Assembly: GCA_023434825.1 (NCBI GenBank)
Contig: JAEYSH010000038.1
Location: 4,227-68,226 of the forward strand
Direction of reading: 5' to 3'
DNA length: 64,000 nucleotides
Origin: Methanobacteriota archaeon
Lineage (GTDB): Archaea; Methanobacteriota; Methanobacteria; Methanobacteriales; Methanobacteriaceae
The notes beneath the pieces were generated by a model. The model did not search any database. It was not told where the DNA came from and worked only from the letters and a program-made list of their open reading frames with translations. Shown here one piece after another: positions 33,804 to 44,849 of the stretch (position 1 is its first letter; the number at the start of each line of letters is the position of its first letter). The position numbers were made by a program, and so were the translations under genes.

Positions 33804-34616
33804 TTGGCTGAATTACCCGAAATTATGAATTTAAGTAACGAGATGAATGAAGAATTAATATCTAAAGAATTTGAAACTGTTGATTTCACTCAAGAAAAAT
33901 GCATTAATATGGATAAAGAAAAATTTAAAGATGTTATTCAAGGTAAAACTATTAAAAAAGTATATAATAAAGGTAAATGGATTTTTATAGAGCTAAGCGA
34001 TGATTATTATCTTCTTTTAAATCTTGGAATGGGAGCAGATATTTTATATTACAAGGATGGAGGATTTAATAAAGAATATCAATGCAGATTCCATTTTATG
34101 GATAATTCAGGTTTTACATGTAAATTCTGGTGGTTTGGGCGTGCTGAATTATTAAATAGTTATGAAATGGGAGATCATAAAGCAACAAAAGACATAGCAA
34201 TTTCACCTTTAGACAAAGAATTTACAAAGAAACACTTTATCGAAATATGTAAAGGAAGAGCTGGAATCAAAAATTTTCTTTTAAATCAGAAGAAAGTTGG
34301 AGGAATAGGTAATGTTTACATACATGATATTCTTTTTAGAGCGAAATTGCACCCTAAAATTCCAGTTAATTCTTTAAGTAGCGTTCAAATTATTAATTTA
34401 CATAAAATTATGAAAGAAAATCTAAGTGAATCCCTTGAAAAAAGGGGATTAGCTTATGAAAAAGATTTTTATGGAAATGAAGGTGACTTCAACAGGGATT
34501 ATTTTTTAGTAGCCTACAGGGAAGGAGAAAAATGTCCAGATTGTTCTGCTATTATTCAAAAAATTAAAACTGGAAGTACATCTTCTTATATATGTCCAGA
34601 ATGTCAGAAATTATAA
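33804..34616 (+). CDS. Fpg/Nei family DNA glycosylase-like protein
   Basis: [27 protein letters not shown]...CPECQ zinc finger. Confidence 0.88.
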   Translation: MAELPEIMNLSNEMNEELISKEFETVDFTQEKCINMDKEKFKDVIQGKTIKKVYNKGKWIFIELSDDYYLLLNLGMGADILYYKDGGFNKEYQCRFHFMDNSGFTCKFWWFGRAELLNSYEMGDHKATKDIAISPLDKEFTKKHFIEICKGRAGIKNFLLNQKKVGGIGNVYIHDILFRAKLHPKIPVNSLSSVQIINLHKIMKENLSESLEKRGLAYEKDFYGNEGDFNRDYFLVAYREGEKCPDCSAIIQKIKTGSTSSYICPECQKL

Positions 34617-34680
34617 AAAATTATCGAAAATAATAAAAAAATATACATTTAATTAAAATCATAATGTATTAGTGATTTAA

Positions 34681-35337
34681 ATGGGAAAAATTGCATTAAC
34701 TATAAAATCAGAGAATAAGCCTGGTGTTTTGAGAGATATTACTGATTTAATGGCCCGTTGTGGGATGAATATCACTTATACTCATCTTTTTGTAGAAAAA
34801 GATGGGATTTCATGGACGTATATGGAACTTGAAGGTGTTAAAAACAGCGGAGTACTTTCAGAAAATATACTGAAATTTGAATCTGTAAACAGCGTCGAAG
34901 TTCATCGTTCTTTAAGTGAAATCTACGGAAAAAGAATTATTATTATTGGCGGAGGCGCTCAAGTTGCTCAAGTTGCCCATGGAGCTATAGTAGAGGCAGA
35001 TCGTCATAATATAAGAGGTGAACACATCAGTATTGATACAATACCTCTTGTAGGTGAAGAAGAACTTGCTGACGCTGTGTATGCAGTTGGAAGGCTCCCA
35101 AGGATAAGTGCTCTTGTTCTTGCAGGATCATTAATGGGAGGTAAAATCTCTGATGCTGTTAAAACTGTTAAAAAAGATCATGGCGTAATAGTAATAAGCC
35201 TAAACATGCCCGGAAGTGTAAGAGATAATGCTGATTTAGTAGTTACAGATCCGGTCCAAGCAGGAGTAATGGCAGTTATGGCTGTAGCTGATACAGCTAT
35301 TTTTGATATTAAAAAAGTGAATAAAAAGATATTTTAA
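34681..35337 (+). CDS. ehbQ: ACT-domain protein (DUF5612), probable EhbQ
   Basis: N-terminal ACT (NKPGVL); [22 protein letters not shown]; the ehbQ name is from recalled family knowledge. Confidence 0.7.
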   Translation: MGKIALTIKSENKPGVLRDITDLMARCGMNITYTHLFVEKDGISWTYMELEGVKNSGVLSENILKFESVNSVEVHRSLSEIYGKRIIIIGGGAQVAQVAHGAIVEADRHNIRGEHISIDTIPLVGEEELADAVYAVGRLPRISALVLAGSLMGGKISDAVKTVKKDHGVIVISLNMPGSVRDNADLVVTDPVQAGVMAVMAVADTAIFDIKKVNKKIF

Positions 35338-35345
35338 AAATTTAG

Positions 35346-35630
35346 TTAACTCATTTCTATTGCTCTAATTAGTTTACTTGCAGCGTTTTTAAGGTCCGGA
35401 TCCTTAATATCACCACTTTCTCTAATTTTAAGAGCTAATGCTAGTACTTTTCGTACGTCATCAGGTTTAAGGTTTTCAGCCATTTCAAGGTATGTCTGAT
35501 CTCCTTCTTCGTCAACTAAAAGTTTTTCTGCATCTACTAATTCCAGCATTACTTTGCAGGCACCCATAATGTCCCCGCTTCCAGCACTTTCTTCGCATTT
35601 TTTTATTAGTTCTTTAGATTGGGCATCCAT
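35346..35630 (-). CDS. Hypothetical two-Cys helical protein, paralog 1 of 4
   Basis: LIKKCE...MGAC...YLEMA...PDDV...AASKLIRAIE. Confidence 0.85.
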   Translation of the reverse strand: MDAQSKELIKKCEESAGSGDIMGACKVMLELVDAEKLLVDEEGDQTYLEMAENLKPDDVRKVLALALKIRESGDIKDPDLKNAASKLIRAIEMS

Positions 35631-35823
35631 TTATAACACCAAGTGTTATTATGGACTTATGATTAATTTATAGTTGTTTATTATCCTGCTTTAAAATAAT
35701 AATACAAATTTAAAATTTATATTAAATTCATAAAAATAAGAATCTCCAATTTTCTAAATTGAAAAATTATTTATCTAAAAAGAAAATATTTAGGCAAAAA
35801 AGTTAATTTATTGTTGAAATAGA

Positions 35824-36144
35824 CTACATTTGCTCAATTCTTCTAATTAATCTGTTAGCAGCATTTATTATATCCCTATTTGTAATTTCATTACTGCCTC
35901 TCACAACAAATGCCATTCTAACTATCTGAGGAACATCTTCCTGTGAAACTCCCGGGCCTCCAGTTTCTTTAGATTTCTTAATGTAAGACTCGCCAGTTTC
36001 ATCATTCATTTCAATGTTTCCCCTATCCATTTCTTCTAAAAGCACCTGGCAAGCACCCATAGTGCTTGTATCTACTTCATTTTCTTCACATTTTTTTATT
36101 AATTGTTTTGCATTCTCATCAAGAGGAATATCTTTTTGTATCAT
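35824..36144 (-). CDS. Hypothetical two-Cys helical protein, paralog 2 of 4
   Basis: LIKKCE...MGAC...EDVP...AANRLIRRIE. Confidence 0.85.
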   Translation of the reverse strand: MIQKDIPLDENAKQLIKKCEENEVDTSTMGACQVLLEEMDRGNIEMNDETGESYIKKSKETGGPGVSQEDVPQIVRMAFVVRGSNEITNRDIINAANRLIRRIEQM

Positions 36145-36168
36145 AACATCACCCCATTTAAAAACAAA

Positions 36169-36471
36169 TTATAAGGATTCCACAGCCCGAATAAGCCTAT
36201 CTGCAGCAACTTTAAGTTCAGGTTCAAGATTTGGTCGATCCTTAATTTCAAAAGCCATTCTAAGAATTTTTGGTACATCTCTTGGTTCTATTTCTTCAGC
36301 CATCTGCAAATAAGAGTCATCAGAATTATCTTCACTTAAATCTACATCTCCCCTATTTATTTCATCAAGTAGAAGTTTGCATGGCCCCTCTAAATTTGTA
36401 CTAATGTTTTCATCTTCACATTTTTTTAGTAGCTTCTTTGCACCTTCGCTTAAAATAAACTTTTTTGGCAA
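36169..36471 (-). CDS. Hypothetical two-Cys helical protein, paralog 3 of 4
   Basis: LLKKCE...EGPC...YLQMA...PRDVP...AADRLIRAVE. Confidence 0.85.
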   Translation of the reverse strand: MPKKFILSEGAKKLLKKCEDENISTNLEGPCKLLLDEINRGDVDLSEDNSDDSYLQMAEEIEPRDVPKILRMAFEIKDRPNLEPELKVAADRLIRAVESL

Positions 36472-36509
36472 AATAAATCACCAGTATTAAATAAATTATA
36501 TAAACATTA

Positions 36510-36809
36510 TTAAAGAGCCTCTATAGCCCTTATTAACCTATTTGCAGCATTTTTCATTCCAGGACTAACATCAGGACGTTCTTTCATTTTAAAAGCCATG
36601 TTTAAGACCTTTGGAACATCATTAGGAGTAATTTTTTGTGCCATTTGCATGTATGTTTCATCTGGAAGATCTTCTTCAAACATACGGGGTTCTATATTTT
36701 CATTTTCCATTTCCTTCAACATGACTTGACATGCACCCATTCCTTGAGTGGCAATGTCTTTATCTTCACATTTCTTCATTAATTTTAAAGCATTTTCATC
36801 CATCTGCAT
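36510..36809 (-). CDS. Hypothetical two-Cys helical protein, paralog 4 of 4
   Basis: LMKKCE...MGAC...YMQMA...PNDVP...AANRLIRAIE. Confidence 0.85.
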   Translation of the reverse strand: MQMDENALKLMKKCEDKDIATQGMGACQVMLKEMENENIEPRMFEEDLPDETYMQMAQKITPNDVPKVLNMAFKMKERPDVSPGMKNAANRLIRAIEAL

Positions 36810-37080
36810 AATAATCACCAGTTTAATATATGATCTTTTAATGATTTAAATTTATTACTAATTTTAAAAATAATATGATAAAAATGATAAGTGAATGTAT
36901 TACTAAATACAAAATTCTAAATACTATTAATAATAAATAATATTTTTAGAAGCGATTTTTAGAGTTTAAATTTATAAATAATAACTATTCAAGGATAATT
37001 TCAAATTAAACTCCTTAATAACCTATTATTAAGAATAAAAATTAAATAAATTTACTTAAATGAAAATTGGAGGTAATTAA

Positions 37081-38394
37081 ATGAATGGAAATGAAACTGG
37101 AAATCAAATGTTTTGTTACCAATGCTCTCAAACTGCAAGAGGTACCGGATGTACAGTTAGAGGAGTATGTGGTAAAGATGCAACAGCAGCAAGACTGCAA
37201 GATAACCTCTTATTTGCAATAAAAGGAATATCCGCTTACCTCTACCATGCAAGAGAATTAGGATACACTGATCCTGAAATAGACGCATTTATGGAGCGTG
37301 GATTTTACTCAACACTTACAAATGTAAATATAGATACTCCAGAACTAATTAATTTAGCATTAGAAGCGGGAGAAATGAATATAAGAACCATGAGACTTCT
37401 TAAAACAGCTTTAATTGAAACTTATGGAGAACCAACTCCAGTAGAAGTTAGTACTGGAACCAAAAAAGGTCAGGGCATAGTTGCAACAGGCCATAACCTT
37501 AAAGCCCTCGAACAGGTGCTAAAACAGACCGAAGGCACAGGAATAAATGTTTATACTCATTCAGAACTTCTTCCCGCCCATGGATACCCCGAACTTAGAA
37601 AATATGATCATCTTGTAGGTCAACTTGGAGGATCATGGTTCGATCAAAGGGAAGTATTTTCAAAATATCCTGTCGCAATTTTAGGTACATCCAACTGTGT
37701 TTTACCTCCAAGAGAAGATTATAGAGACAGAATGTTTACTTCAGGTGTTGCCAGACTTACTGGAGTTTCACATATAGAAGGCTATGATTTTACCCCCTTA
37801 ATTGAAAAGGCAAAATCATTACCAGAACTTGAAGAAACACCAGGAGAAAGGATACTTTCAACTGGATTCGGTGCTTCAACAGTCCTTTCACTGGCACCAA
37901 AAATAAAAGAACTTGTTGAATCTGGAAAAATAAGAAGATTTTTCCTGGTAGGTGGCTGTGATTCCCCACTTCAAAAAACGGGATATTATACAGAATTTGT
38001 GGAAAAACTTCCAGAAGATACCGTTGTATTAACACTTGCATGCGGTAAATTCAGGTTTACACATCTTGATCTTGGAGACATAGAAGGAATACCCCGAGTA
38101 ATTGATATAGGACAATGTAACGATGCCATAGTTGGAATTGACATTGTTGCAGCACTATCCGACTTATTTGGACTTGAAATTAATGAACTTCCATTAACAA
38201 TTGTTCTAAGCTGGATGGAACAAAAGGCAGCTGCAATATTATGGAGTTTACTGTACCTCGGAATAAAAGGCATGTATGTCGGCCCTATTGCACCAGGATG
38301 GATAAATGAAGATATTTTAAACGTTCTTGTTCAGAATTACGATATAAAACTTATAAGTACACCTGAAGAAGATATTAAAGAAATTTTAGGGTGA
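37081..38394 (+). CDS. hcp: Hybrid cluster protein / hydroxylamine reductase (short form)
   Basis: MFCYQCSQT...[34 protein letters not shown]. Confidence 0.95.
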   Translation: MNGNETGNQMFCYQCSQTARGTGCTVRGVCGKDATAARLQDNLLFAIKGISAYLYHARELGYTDPEIDAFMERGFYSTLTNVNIDTPELINLALEAGEMNIRTMRLLKTALIETYGEPTPVEVSTGTKKGQGIVATGHNLKALEQVLKQTEGTGINVYTHSELLPAHGYPELRKYDHLVGQLGGSWFDQREVFSKYPVAILGTSNCVLPPREDYRDRMFTSGVARLTGVSHIEGYDFTPLIEKAKSLPELEETPGERILSTGFGASTVLSLAPKIKELVESGKIRRFFLVGGCDSPLQKTGYYTEFVEKLPEDTVVLTLACGKFRFTHLDLGDIEGIPRVIDIGQCNDAIVGIDIVAALSDLFGLEINELPLTIVLSWMEQKAAAILWSLLYLGIKGMYVGPIAPGWINEDILNVLVQNYDIKLISTPEEDIKEILG

Positions 38395-38482
38395 AGAATT
38401 ACCCTATAAATTTCATATTTTGTTCTATCCTTTACGAAAAATATTTTTATTACTTGATTTAAAGCTTAATATAGTGATTCAA

Positions 38483-38677
38483 ATGTCAAAGGATAGTGAT
38501 ATTGATAAAGAATTTGAAGCTCAGTTAAAGGGGAAAATGGGCTGGAAATGCGCATGTTCACTGGATATCATTGATAAAAAACCTATGCTTAAATCAGTGA
38601 CTTGTAAAGGGTGCGGAAAAGTTTTTAAAACTGATAGAAATACAGATTATTGTTTTAAATGTGAAAGTAAACATTAA
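38483..38677 (+). CDS. Small Zn-finger-like protein
   Basis: CKGCGK...YCFKC plus CAC; likely ATG 38483. Confidence 0.7.
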   Translation: MSKDSDIDKEFEAQLKGKMGWKCACSLDIIDKKPMLKSVTCKGCGKVFKTDRNTDYCFKCESKH

Positions 38678-38686
38678 GGTGTAATT

Positions 38687-38902
38687 ATGGCAAAAATAGA
38701 AATTGAAAGACCAATGTGTATATCTTGTGGAAACTGCATCGATTCATGCCCCGAACTATTCAAATATGATGATGACGGACTTTCAACTTTAATTAATGGT
38801 GAAAGAGTTGGCGATAATGATGAACAGGAAATTGATGATCCTGGATGCGCTTTAGATGCTGAAGCAGGCTGTCCCGTGTCTATAATTCACGTTTACGATT
38901 AA
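38687..38902 (+). CDS. Single-cluster ferredoxin
   Basis: CISCGNCIDSCP...GCP. Confidence 0.9.
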   Translation: MAKIEIERPMCISCGNCIDSCPELFKYDDDGLSTLINGERVGDNDEQEIDDPGCALDAEAGCPVSIIHVYD

Positions 38903-38915
38903 AAGGAGTGATATA

Positions 38916-39236
38916 ATGAGCGAAATGATTGGAAATGTGTTGGAAATAGAAGATTTAATAGATTATCAAGATGGTTCAGTCGTGAGCCGTGAAATTATTA
39001 GAAAAGAAACAGGAACCGTAACAATCTTTGCCTTTGATAAAGGAGAAGGATTAAGCGAACACACTGCCCCATTTGATGCAATGGTTCAAATAATTGATGG
39101 TAAAGCTGAGATCACCATTTCAGGAAAAGAAAATATTCTAGAAAAAGGAGATATGATTATTATGCCTGCAAATGAGCCCCATGCACTAAAAGCACTGGAA
39201 AAATATAAAATGATTTTGACCATGATCCGGTCTTAA
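38916..39236 (+). CDS. Cupin domain protein
   Basis: FAFDKGEGLSEHTAP...MPANEPHAL. Confidence 0.9.
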   Translation: MSEMIGNVLEIEDLIDYQDGSVVSREIIRKETGTVTIFAFDKGEGLSEHTAPFDAMVQIIDGKAEITISGKENILEKGDMIIMPANEPHALKALEKYKMILTMIRS

Positions 39237-39244
39237 TTCTTTTT

Positions 39245-40075
39245 TTATTTATTTTGGATTAATAAATCTGCAGAACATTCGCAAAACTTCAAATATTCAC
39301 ATTTTTCACATTTATTCTTAAATACCGTAAATTCTGGTATTTCTTCCTTTTCAAACATAATATTTATAGCATCCAACGCTTTAAGAAGATTATTATGTAG
39401 AATAGAGTTTATTACAACAGGTCTTCTCTCATATATTTTAGTATAATAAACAAAACCGACAAGAACCTCTTTATTTAGCTCATAATCAATTAAAAGAGAG
39501 TATGCTGCAATTTGAAGAGCATCAGATAACCATGTGCCTGTTGCCGGTGGAAAACTATTTTTTATTTCAACTGGATAATAAATTCCATTAATTATCTCAA
39601 TCTTATCTACTCTGCCGCTTAAATTTAATTCCTCACTTTCCAGGGAAAATTCCAGGAGCGATTGGGGAAATAAAATCTCGGATAATTCTCTTCCCTGCTT
39701 TTTTGTACTTTCAGTAAGTTTTTTAATTTTCAAAACGCTAATGCTTGCTTCAATTACTAAATCTTCCTTTAATTCATTGAAAAATTTATCTATTTCCTCA
39801 TTTTCTGCTTGAAAATAATCCCGATATTTATCATGAAGTTCATCCAGATATTCAGGAACTCCATTTAAAATTAATTTTTGAATTTCTGCAATTTCCATGT
39901 TTTTCTGCACATTCCACAAGTTATGCTTCATTATTTCTTCGAAACCTCTTCTGGCCTCATGAACTATTTTTCCAGTTATCAATTCCTCTTTTTGAACTTC
40001 AATACCTTCAGCATATTTTAGATAAAGTTTTGCCGGACAATAAATAAATTCTGAAATCTCGGAAACTCTTAGCAT
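39245..40075 (-). CDS. cas4: Solo Cas4-like nuclease (no CRISPR array or other cas genes seen)
   Basis: EFIYCP, LSGRVD...PVEIK, QIAAY, CEKCEYLKFC. Confidence 0.85.
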   Translation of the reverse strand: MLRVSEISEFIYCPAKLYLKYAEGIEVQKEELITGKIVHEARRGFEEIMKHNLWNVQKNMEIAEIQKLILNGVPEYLDELHDKYRDYFQAENEEIDKFFNELKEDLVIEASISVLKIKKLTESTKKQGRELSEILFPQSLLEFSLESEELNLSGRVDKIEIINGIYYPVEIKNSFPPATGTWLSDALQIAAYSLLIDYELNKEVLVGFVYYTKIYERRPVVINSILHNNLLKALDAINIMFEKEEIPEFTVFKNKCEKCEYLKFCECSADLLIQNK

Positions 40076-40292
40076 GTTAGCACCAAATACTATTTATTTA
40101 TGGCTTAAATTTGAATTAAAAATATTTAAGCAATTTATAAGTACATTAAACTGCTATAAATAGTATTCGTATGTTATTACTCCCTAAAACAAGTTTAATT
40201 CTTTTAAATTAAAAAATTAGTTCTCTATACTTAGATATAAAAATAAATCTTAAAAATTATTCGCTAAATAATTAAAAACGACATTATTTTGT

Positions 40293-40571
40293 TTATTGGG
40301 CTTCTTTGATTTCTGTTATAATTTTGAAGTAGAAATTCATAAATTCGTTTATATGGCCCCTCATATACCCAATATCATCATATTCTTCCTCTGAAGGGTC
40401 GAGTCTCACTACAACAAATAGATTCTGCTTTTTTTTATCATCAATGAATGCCTTTTCATTGTAATTCGATAATTTATTTTCTATATGATTTTTCCAATCT
40501 TCTGGTGAAGTATTATCTACAAAACACAAGTCAAGCCCATTTTCTCCATAGCAACCCAGATATTCTAACAT
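40293..40571 (-). CDS. Hypothetical protein
   Basis: 92-aa ORF with plausible composition; no RBS or recognised motif. Confidence 0.6.
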   Translation of the reverse strand: MLEYLGCYGENGLDLCFVDNTSPEDWKNHIENKLSNYNEKAFIDDKKKQNLFVVVRLDPSEEEYDDIGYMRGHINEFMNFYFKIITEIKEAQ

Positions 40572-40712
40572 ATCTTTTTATATGTTTTTTATTACTAATA
40601 TATTTTTATTACTAAAATGACTAATTAATAATATTAAACTGAAATAAATCCTACTGAAATCTATGATTTATAAAAATAAAATAAATGAGAAAGTAAAAAA
40701 AGTAAAAAAATC

Positions 40713-42002
40713 TTAATCTTCTAAAACCCGGATAAATAAAGTATCATCTTCTACAAAATCAAGATCATTTATCTCTTTAACCGCATTCTGCATATTTTTC
40801 TCCAATGCTTCGTGCATTACCATGAAAATAGGAACTTCAGGTTCATCACTTTCTTTTTTCTGGCTCATTGATTCAATGCTGATATCATATTTACTCAATA
40901 TTCCAGATATCACGTGTAAAACGCCGGGTTTATCAGCTGCAGTAATACGTAAGTAATATTTGGATTTTATATCTTCAATACTTTTTATTTCCCTAACTTC
41001 AGTATTACTTGGGCCATAAATATTTTCGCGGCTCATATTTTCCATTATATCAAGACAATCACCAACAACAGCACTTGCTGTCGGCATCATGCCTGCTCCC
41101 TGCCCATACATCATAACAGGACCAACAATATCTCCAACAATATAAACACCGTTGAATACATCGTTAACAGCGGCGAGAAGATGATCTTGAGGTATTAAAG
41201 TTGGATGAACCCTTACTTCAAGTTCTCCATCCTCAATTCTTGAAATAGCCAGTAATTTTATGGAATAACCCATTTCATTCTTAATAAATTCAATATCTTC
41301 CTGTTTGATTTTGCTTATCCCTTCAACATGGAATTTTTCCTGCTTTACATAGGTTCCAAAACCTAAAATAGTTAGTATTATCAATTTTTGAGCAGTATCA
41401 TGTCCTTCAATATCAAAAGTAGGGTCTTGCTCAGCATAACCTTTTTCTTGAGCCGCTTTCAATACATCATCAAAATCAAGGCCTTCATCAGTCATTTTTG
41501 TTAAAATATAATTTGCAGTACCGTTTATTATACCATAAATTGACTGAATACGGTTTGCGCCTAAACTTTCATTTAATGGCTGAAGTAATGGAATTCCTCC
41601 ACCTACACTTGCTTCAAAGCAAATTCTGACATTATTTTTATTTGCAGTTTCCAGGATTTCTTCCCAGTGTTTTGCAAGCAGTGCTTTGTTTGCAGTTACT
41701 ACATGTTTTCCATTAGAGAGTGCTTTTAAAATAAAGCTCTTTGCAGGTTCATAACCACCAATAAGCTCAATTACTAAGTCAATTTCAGGATCTTCTAAAA
41801 TATCATTTATATCAGTTGATAAAATACTTCTATCAACTTTAACTCCTCTATCAGTTTCAATGTCTAAATCAACAACTTTTTTAAGTTTTATATTTGCTCC
41901 CACTTTCTGCTCCATCAGGTCTAAATTCATGTTAAAAGTCTCTACAACTCCTGCTCCTATTGTTCCAAACCCAATGAGCCCAATATTATATCTATCTTTC
42001 AT
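40713..42002 (-). CDS. hom: Homoserine dehydrogenase with C-terminal ACT domain
   Basis: [42 protein letters not shown]. Confidence 0.96.
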   Translation of the reverse strand: MKDRYNIGLIGFGTIGAGVVETFNMNLDLMEQKVGANIKLKKVVDLDIETDRGVKVDRSILSTDINDILEDPEIDLVIELIGGYEPAKSFILKALSNGKHVVTANKALLAKHWEEILETANKNNVRICFEASVGGGIPLLQPLNESLGANRIQSIYGIINGTANYILTKMTDEGLDFDDVLKAAQEKGYAEQDPTFDIEGHDTAQKLIILTILGFGTYVKQEKFHVEGISKIKQEDIEFIKNEMGYSIKLLAISRIEDGELEVRVHPTLIPQDHLLAAVNDVFNGVYIVGDIVGPVMMYGQGAGMMPTASAVVGDCLDIMENMSRENIYGPSNTEVREIKSIEDIKSKYYLRITAADKPGVLHVISGILSKYDISIESMSQKKESDEPEVPIFMVMHEALEKNMQNAVKEINDLDFVEDDTLFIRVLED

Positions 42003-42104
42003 CAAATGCCTCCATAAAAAGATAAAATTTAAAATTTAATTTATTAAAATATATCAATCGTTAACTTTTTTCACTATTAAAATCTTTCTTTTAGTTCAAT
42101 CAAC

Positions 42105-42226
42105 CGTCAAAAAATCTACGATTTTTTGGGCATTCGAAAATCTTAGATTTTCGATGCACCGAAAACAAAGTTTTCGATTGCTGCAAAAACTGCGTTTGAC
42201 AGCTGTCAAAATCATAGATTTTGACG
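42105..42226. repeat. Array of five adjacent short inverted repeats (REP-like element)
   Basis: CAAAAAATC-tac-GATTTTTTG, TCGAAAATC-tta-GATTTTCGA, CGAAAAC-aaa-GTTTTCG, CAAAAAC-tgc-GTTTG (imperfect), GTCAAAATC-ata-GATTTTGAC. Confidence 0.8.
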
Positions 42227-43243
42227 CGAAAGAATTGAAAATTCTTTCAGTTTGATGTATTCATCAAAGGCTTCCCTTGTTGTACCGACTACAACCCTAT
42301 ATCTTGTGTCATTATCAACAACTTTTTCCAATTTGCCCTTTACGACTATTTCTTCACCGTCTTTAGCTTGACCAGAATAAGTGTGTGTAAATGAAGCAAC
42401 TTCCGTTATAGGAACATCTTTACCCTCTAAAATATTCACATCTTCAATTTTATAAACTGCAGGATTATCAAAAGCTCCTAAAGCACTTGATACTTTACAT
42501 TCAATCATTGCAGTTCCTAAAGGCTCATATTTCTCTTCGCCGTATTTACCTTTAATTTCATTCCAGTCACGAGTTGCAAGAATATCAAACAGAGTTCCAT
42601 CAATTAATCCACGGTTATTTTTCCGTTTTTCATACCACTGGAATTCTTCATAACTTAGAGTAGAGTCTTTTATCCTTTTTTCATATAACCTAGCCCAATA
42701 TTCCTCGCTTATACTTTTTAAATCACTTTTATCCTTAATTTCACCAAAGATATCCATTGCTTTTTTATGATTTTTAAGACCATAAAACACGAAATCAATA
42801 TCCGAGACACTTGGATCATATAAACCCGGTAAAATTGATCCAGAAACTCCCATTTTAGAGTATGAAATATCAGCATAATCATTAAAGATATCAGCAAGTT
42901 TTACAACCTTTTTAAGCAATTCATTATTATTATCGCTGTTTATTATCTCTTTCAGGCGTTCCTCAGGCTTTAATATATCTTTAACTTTGTCAAAAGGCAC
43001 ACCCATCATTTTAAGATCTTTAGAATCATCGAAAAGATATTCGGGATGATTTTTACCTAAAAATTCATAAGCTTGGTTGGAATCTACTTTAGTATATCTT
43101 TGACCATTTTTAGACCTTTCACCCTCAGGATCTGGCATATATCTTAAAAATGATAGAATTCGATTTTCTGGATGTAGATATGAGGTTGTTGCAAAGAATA
43201 AATCATCTGTTGTGTATATGAAATCTCTTGTTCTTGCTCTCAT
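42212..43243 (-). CDS. Archaeal Pol-beta-superfamily nucleotidyltransferase (COG1665-like)
   Basis: GVSGSILPG...SDIDF motif. Confidence 0.85.
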   Translation of the reverse strand: MRARTRDFIYTTDDLFFATTSYLHPENRILSFLRYMPDPEGERSKNGQRYTKVDSNQAYEFLGKNHPEYLFDDSKDLKMMGVPFDKVKDILKPEERLKEIINSDNNNELLKKVVKLADIFNDYADISYSKMGVSGSILPGLYDPSVSDIDFVFYGLKNHKKAMDIFGEIKDKSDLKSISEEYWARLYEKRIKDSTLSYEEFQWYEKRKNNRGLIDGTLFDILATRDWNEIKGKYGEEKYEPLGTAMIECKVSSALGAFDNPAVYKIEDVNILEGKDVPITEVASFTHTYSGQAKDGEEIVVKGKLEKVVDNDTRYRVVVGTTREAFDEYIKLKEFSILSRQNL

Positions 43244-43326
43244 AAATTTATTTAATCATTAGATACTATATATACCTACCAAACTTTCAGAATGTTTAAT
43301 TTATAAAATATAAATTATTTAATAAT

Positions 43327-43707
43327 ATGATAATCTCAAGACTAAAACCTCAAGAAGACATGAAAAAAGGTATAATTGGTATAATTAATGAAAACGAGAT
43401 TAAATCAGGTGTAATTATTTGCATTGTAGGTAGTTTAAATTCTGCTACTTTGAGAATGTCCAATGAAAAAATCAAGACATTTAAAGGGCCTTTTGAAATT
43501 GTTTCATCAGAAGGCACCATATCTGAAAATGGAATTCATGTTCATATTGCTATTTCTAATACAGAAGGGCATGTAATTGGCGGACATTTAAAAAAAGGAT
43601 GCATAATCAATACCACAGCAGAAATATGCATTTTAAAATCAAATTTATCCTTAAAAAGAGTATTTGATCCAAAAACAGGTTATAAAGAACTTTTTATAGA
43701 AAATTAA
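43327..43707 (+). CDS. PPC (DUF296) domain protein
   Basis: [17 protein letters not shown]...GGHL...TTAE. Confidence 0.9.
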   Translation: MIISRLKPQEDMKKGIIGIINENEIKSGVIICIVGSLNSATLRMSNEKIKTFKGPFEIVSSEGTISENGIHVHIAISNTEGHVIGGHLKKGCIINTTAEICILKSNLSLKRVFDPKTGYKELFIEN

Positions 43708-43717
43708 GAGTGATATA

Positions 43718-44290
43718 ATGGAATATAAAAGATTGGAAGAAAAGATTATTTATGATGGAAGCCCAATTGAACCTTTTTGGGCATTTAAAGAGTTAAAATT
43801 AAAAGGATCAAGCATTGTATCATGGATAGGCCCTATGAACATTAAACCAGAAGAACTCATAGACTATGAAGACGTAGGGCTTGAAATTAAATCAGATGAA
43901 ATGGTTCATTTTATAATAGAGCACTTTGATATTCAGCCGGCTGACATAAAAACATGTTATCATAGACAGAGATTACTTGTACTGATTGTTAAAGATGCTT
44001 TGGGTGAATTAGGGATTAAAACAACACGTAGCGGCGATGATATTTACTTTGATGGTAAAAAACTCAGTGTTTCAATTGCTACATGTTCTAACAGCAGTAT
44101 GAAGATACATTTCGGAATGAATGTAGCTGATAAAGGTACTCCCGATGACATAGAAACAACAGGCCTTTTAGAGTGTAAAAACGATTTAAATAAAGAAAAA
44201 ATTGATTATTTAATTGATAAAATATGCGAAAGTTATATTAATGAAATTGAATCTATTGAAGAAGATATAACAAAAACTAAGGTATTTTAA
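43718..44290 (+). CDS. DUF366 family protein
   Basis: [23 protein letters not shown]...KLSVSIA. Confidence 0.85.
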   Translation: MEYKRLEEKIIYDGSPIEPFWAFKELKLKGSSIVSWIGPMNIKPEELIDYEDVGLEIKSDEMVHFIIEHFDIQPADIKTCYHRQRLLVLIVKDALGELGIKTTRSGDDIYFDGKKLSVSIATCSNSSMKIHFGMNVADKGTPDDIETTGLLECKNDLNKEKIDYLIDKICESYINEIESIEEDITKTKVF

Positions 44291-44348
44291 AAAAAATAGT
44301 CATTATTGCGGGTCAAAATTAAAAATAAAGTACTAAGAGGATTATAAA

Positions 44349-44831
44349 ATGAAAATAGTAATTAATGGAATTCACGCTAATTTGAGGTTCGCTTCTGCTC
44401 ACATGATACCACTTCACGAATCATGTGGAGGGATACACGGACATTCCTACATTGTAGATGTTCAATTTGAAGGAGAAAGAGCCGGAGAATTTGGATTTGT
44501 TGTTGATTTTAAACAAGCTAAAAGAATTGTTCGTGATATTTGCAAAAAACTGGACCATAAAGTCTTAATTCCAAGTAAAAGTAATGTTGTAAATTTTACA
44601 CATAAGGACGAGAATTCAATAGAATTTACAGTCGGCCAAAAGGAATATAAACTTCCATTAGAAGATTGTTGTCTCTTACCGCTAAAATCCACCTCTGCTG
44701 AGGATCTGGCAGAATACTTTGCAGAAGAAATATATAAATACTTAGAAGAGACAAATAATAACATCTCAAGCGTCCAAGTTTGTGTTAATGAAGGTATTGG
44801 ACAAGGCGCCTATTTCGAGAAGTCCATATAA
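44349..44831 (+). CDS. queD: 6-carboxytetrahydropterin synthase
   Basis: [27 protein letters not shown]; next to queE. Confidence 0.85.
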   Translation: MKIVINGIHANLRFASAHMIPLHESCGGIHGHSYIVDVQFEGERAGEFGFVVDFKQAKRIVRDICKKLDHKVLIPSKSNVVNFTHKDENSIEFTVGQKEYKLPLEDCCLLPLKSTSAEDLAEYFAEEIYKYLEETNNNISSVQVCVNEGIGQGAYFEKSI

Positions 44832-44849
44832 GATTTGGTGGCCGTATAA

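Noticed and set aside
40076..40712. Possible CRISPR array or leader near cas4
   Set aside because: No regularly spaced direct repeats here or elsewhere in the window.
42105..42226. Hairpin array read as a mini-CRISPR or tRNA
   Set aside because: Units are separated by only 3-8 nt (no spacers), and there is no cloverleaf or T-loop consensus.
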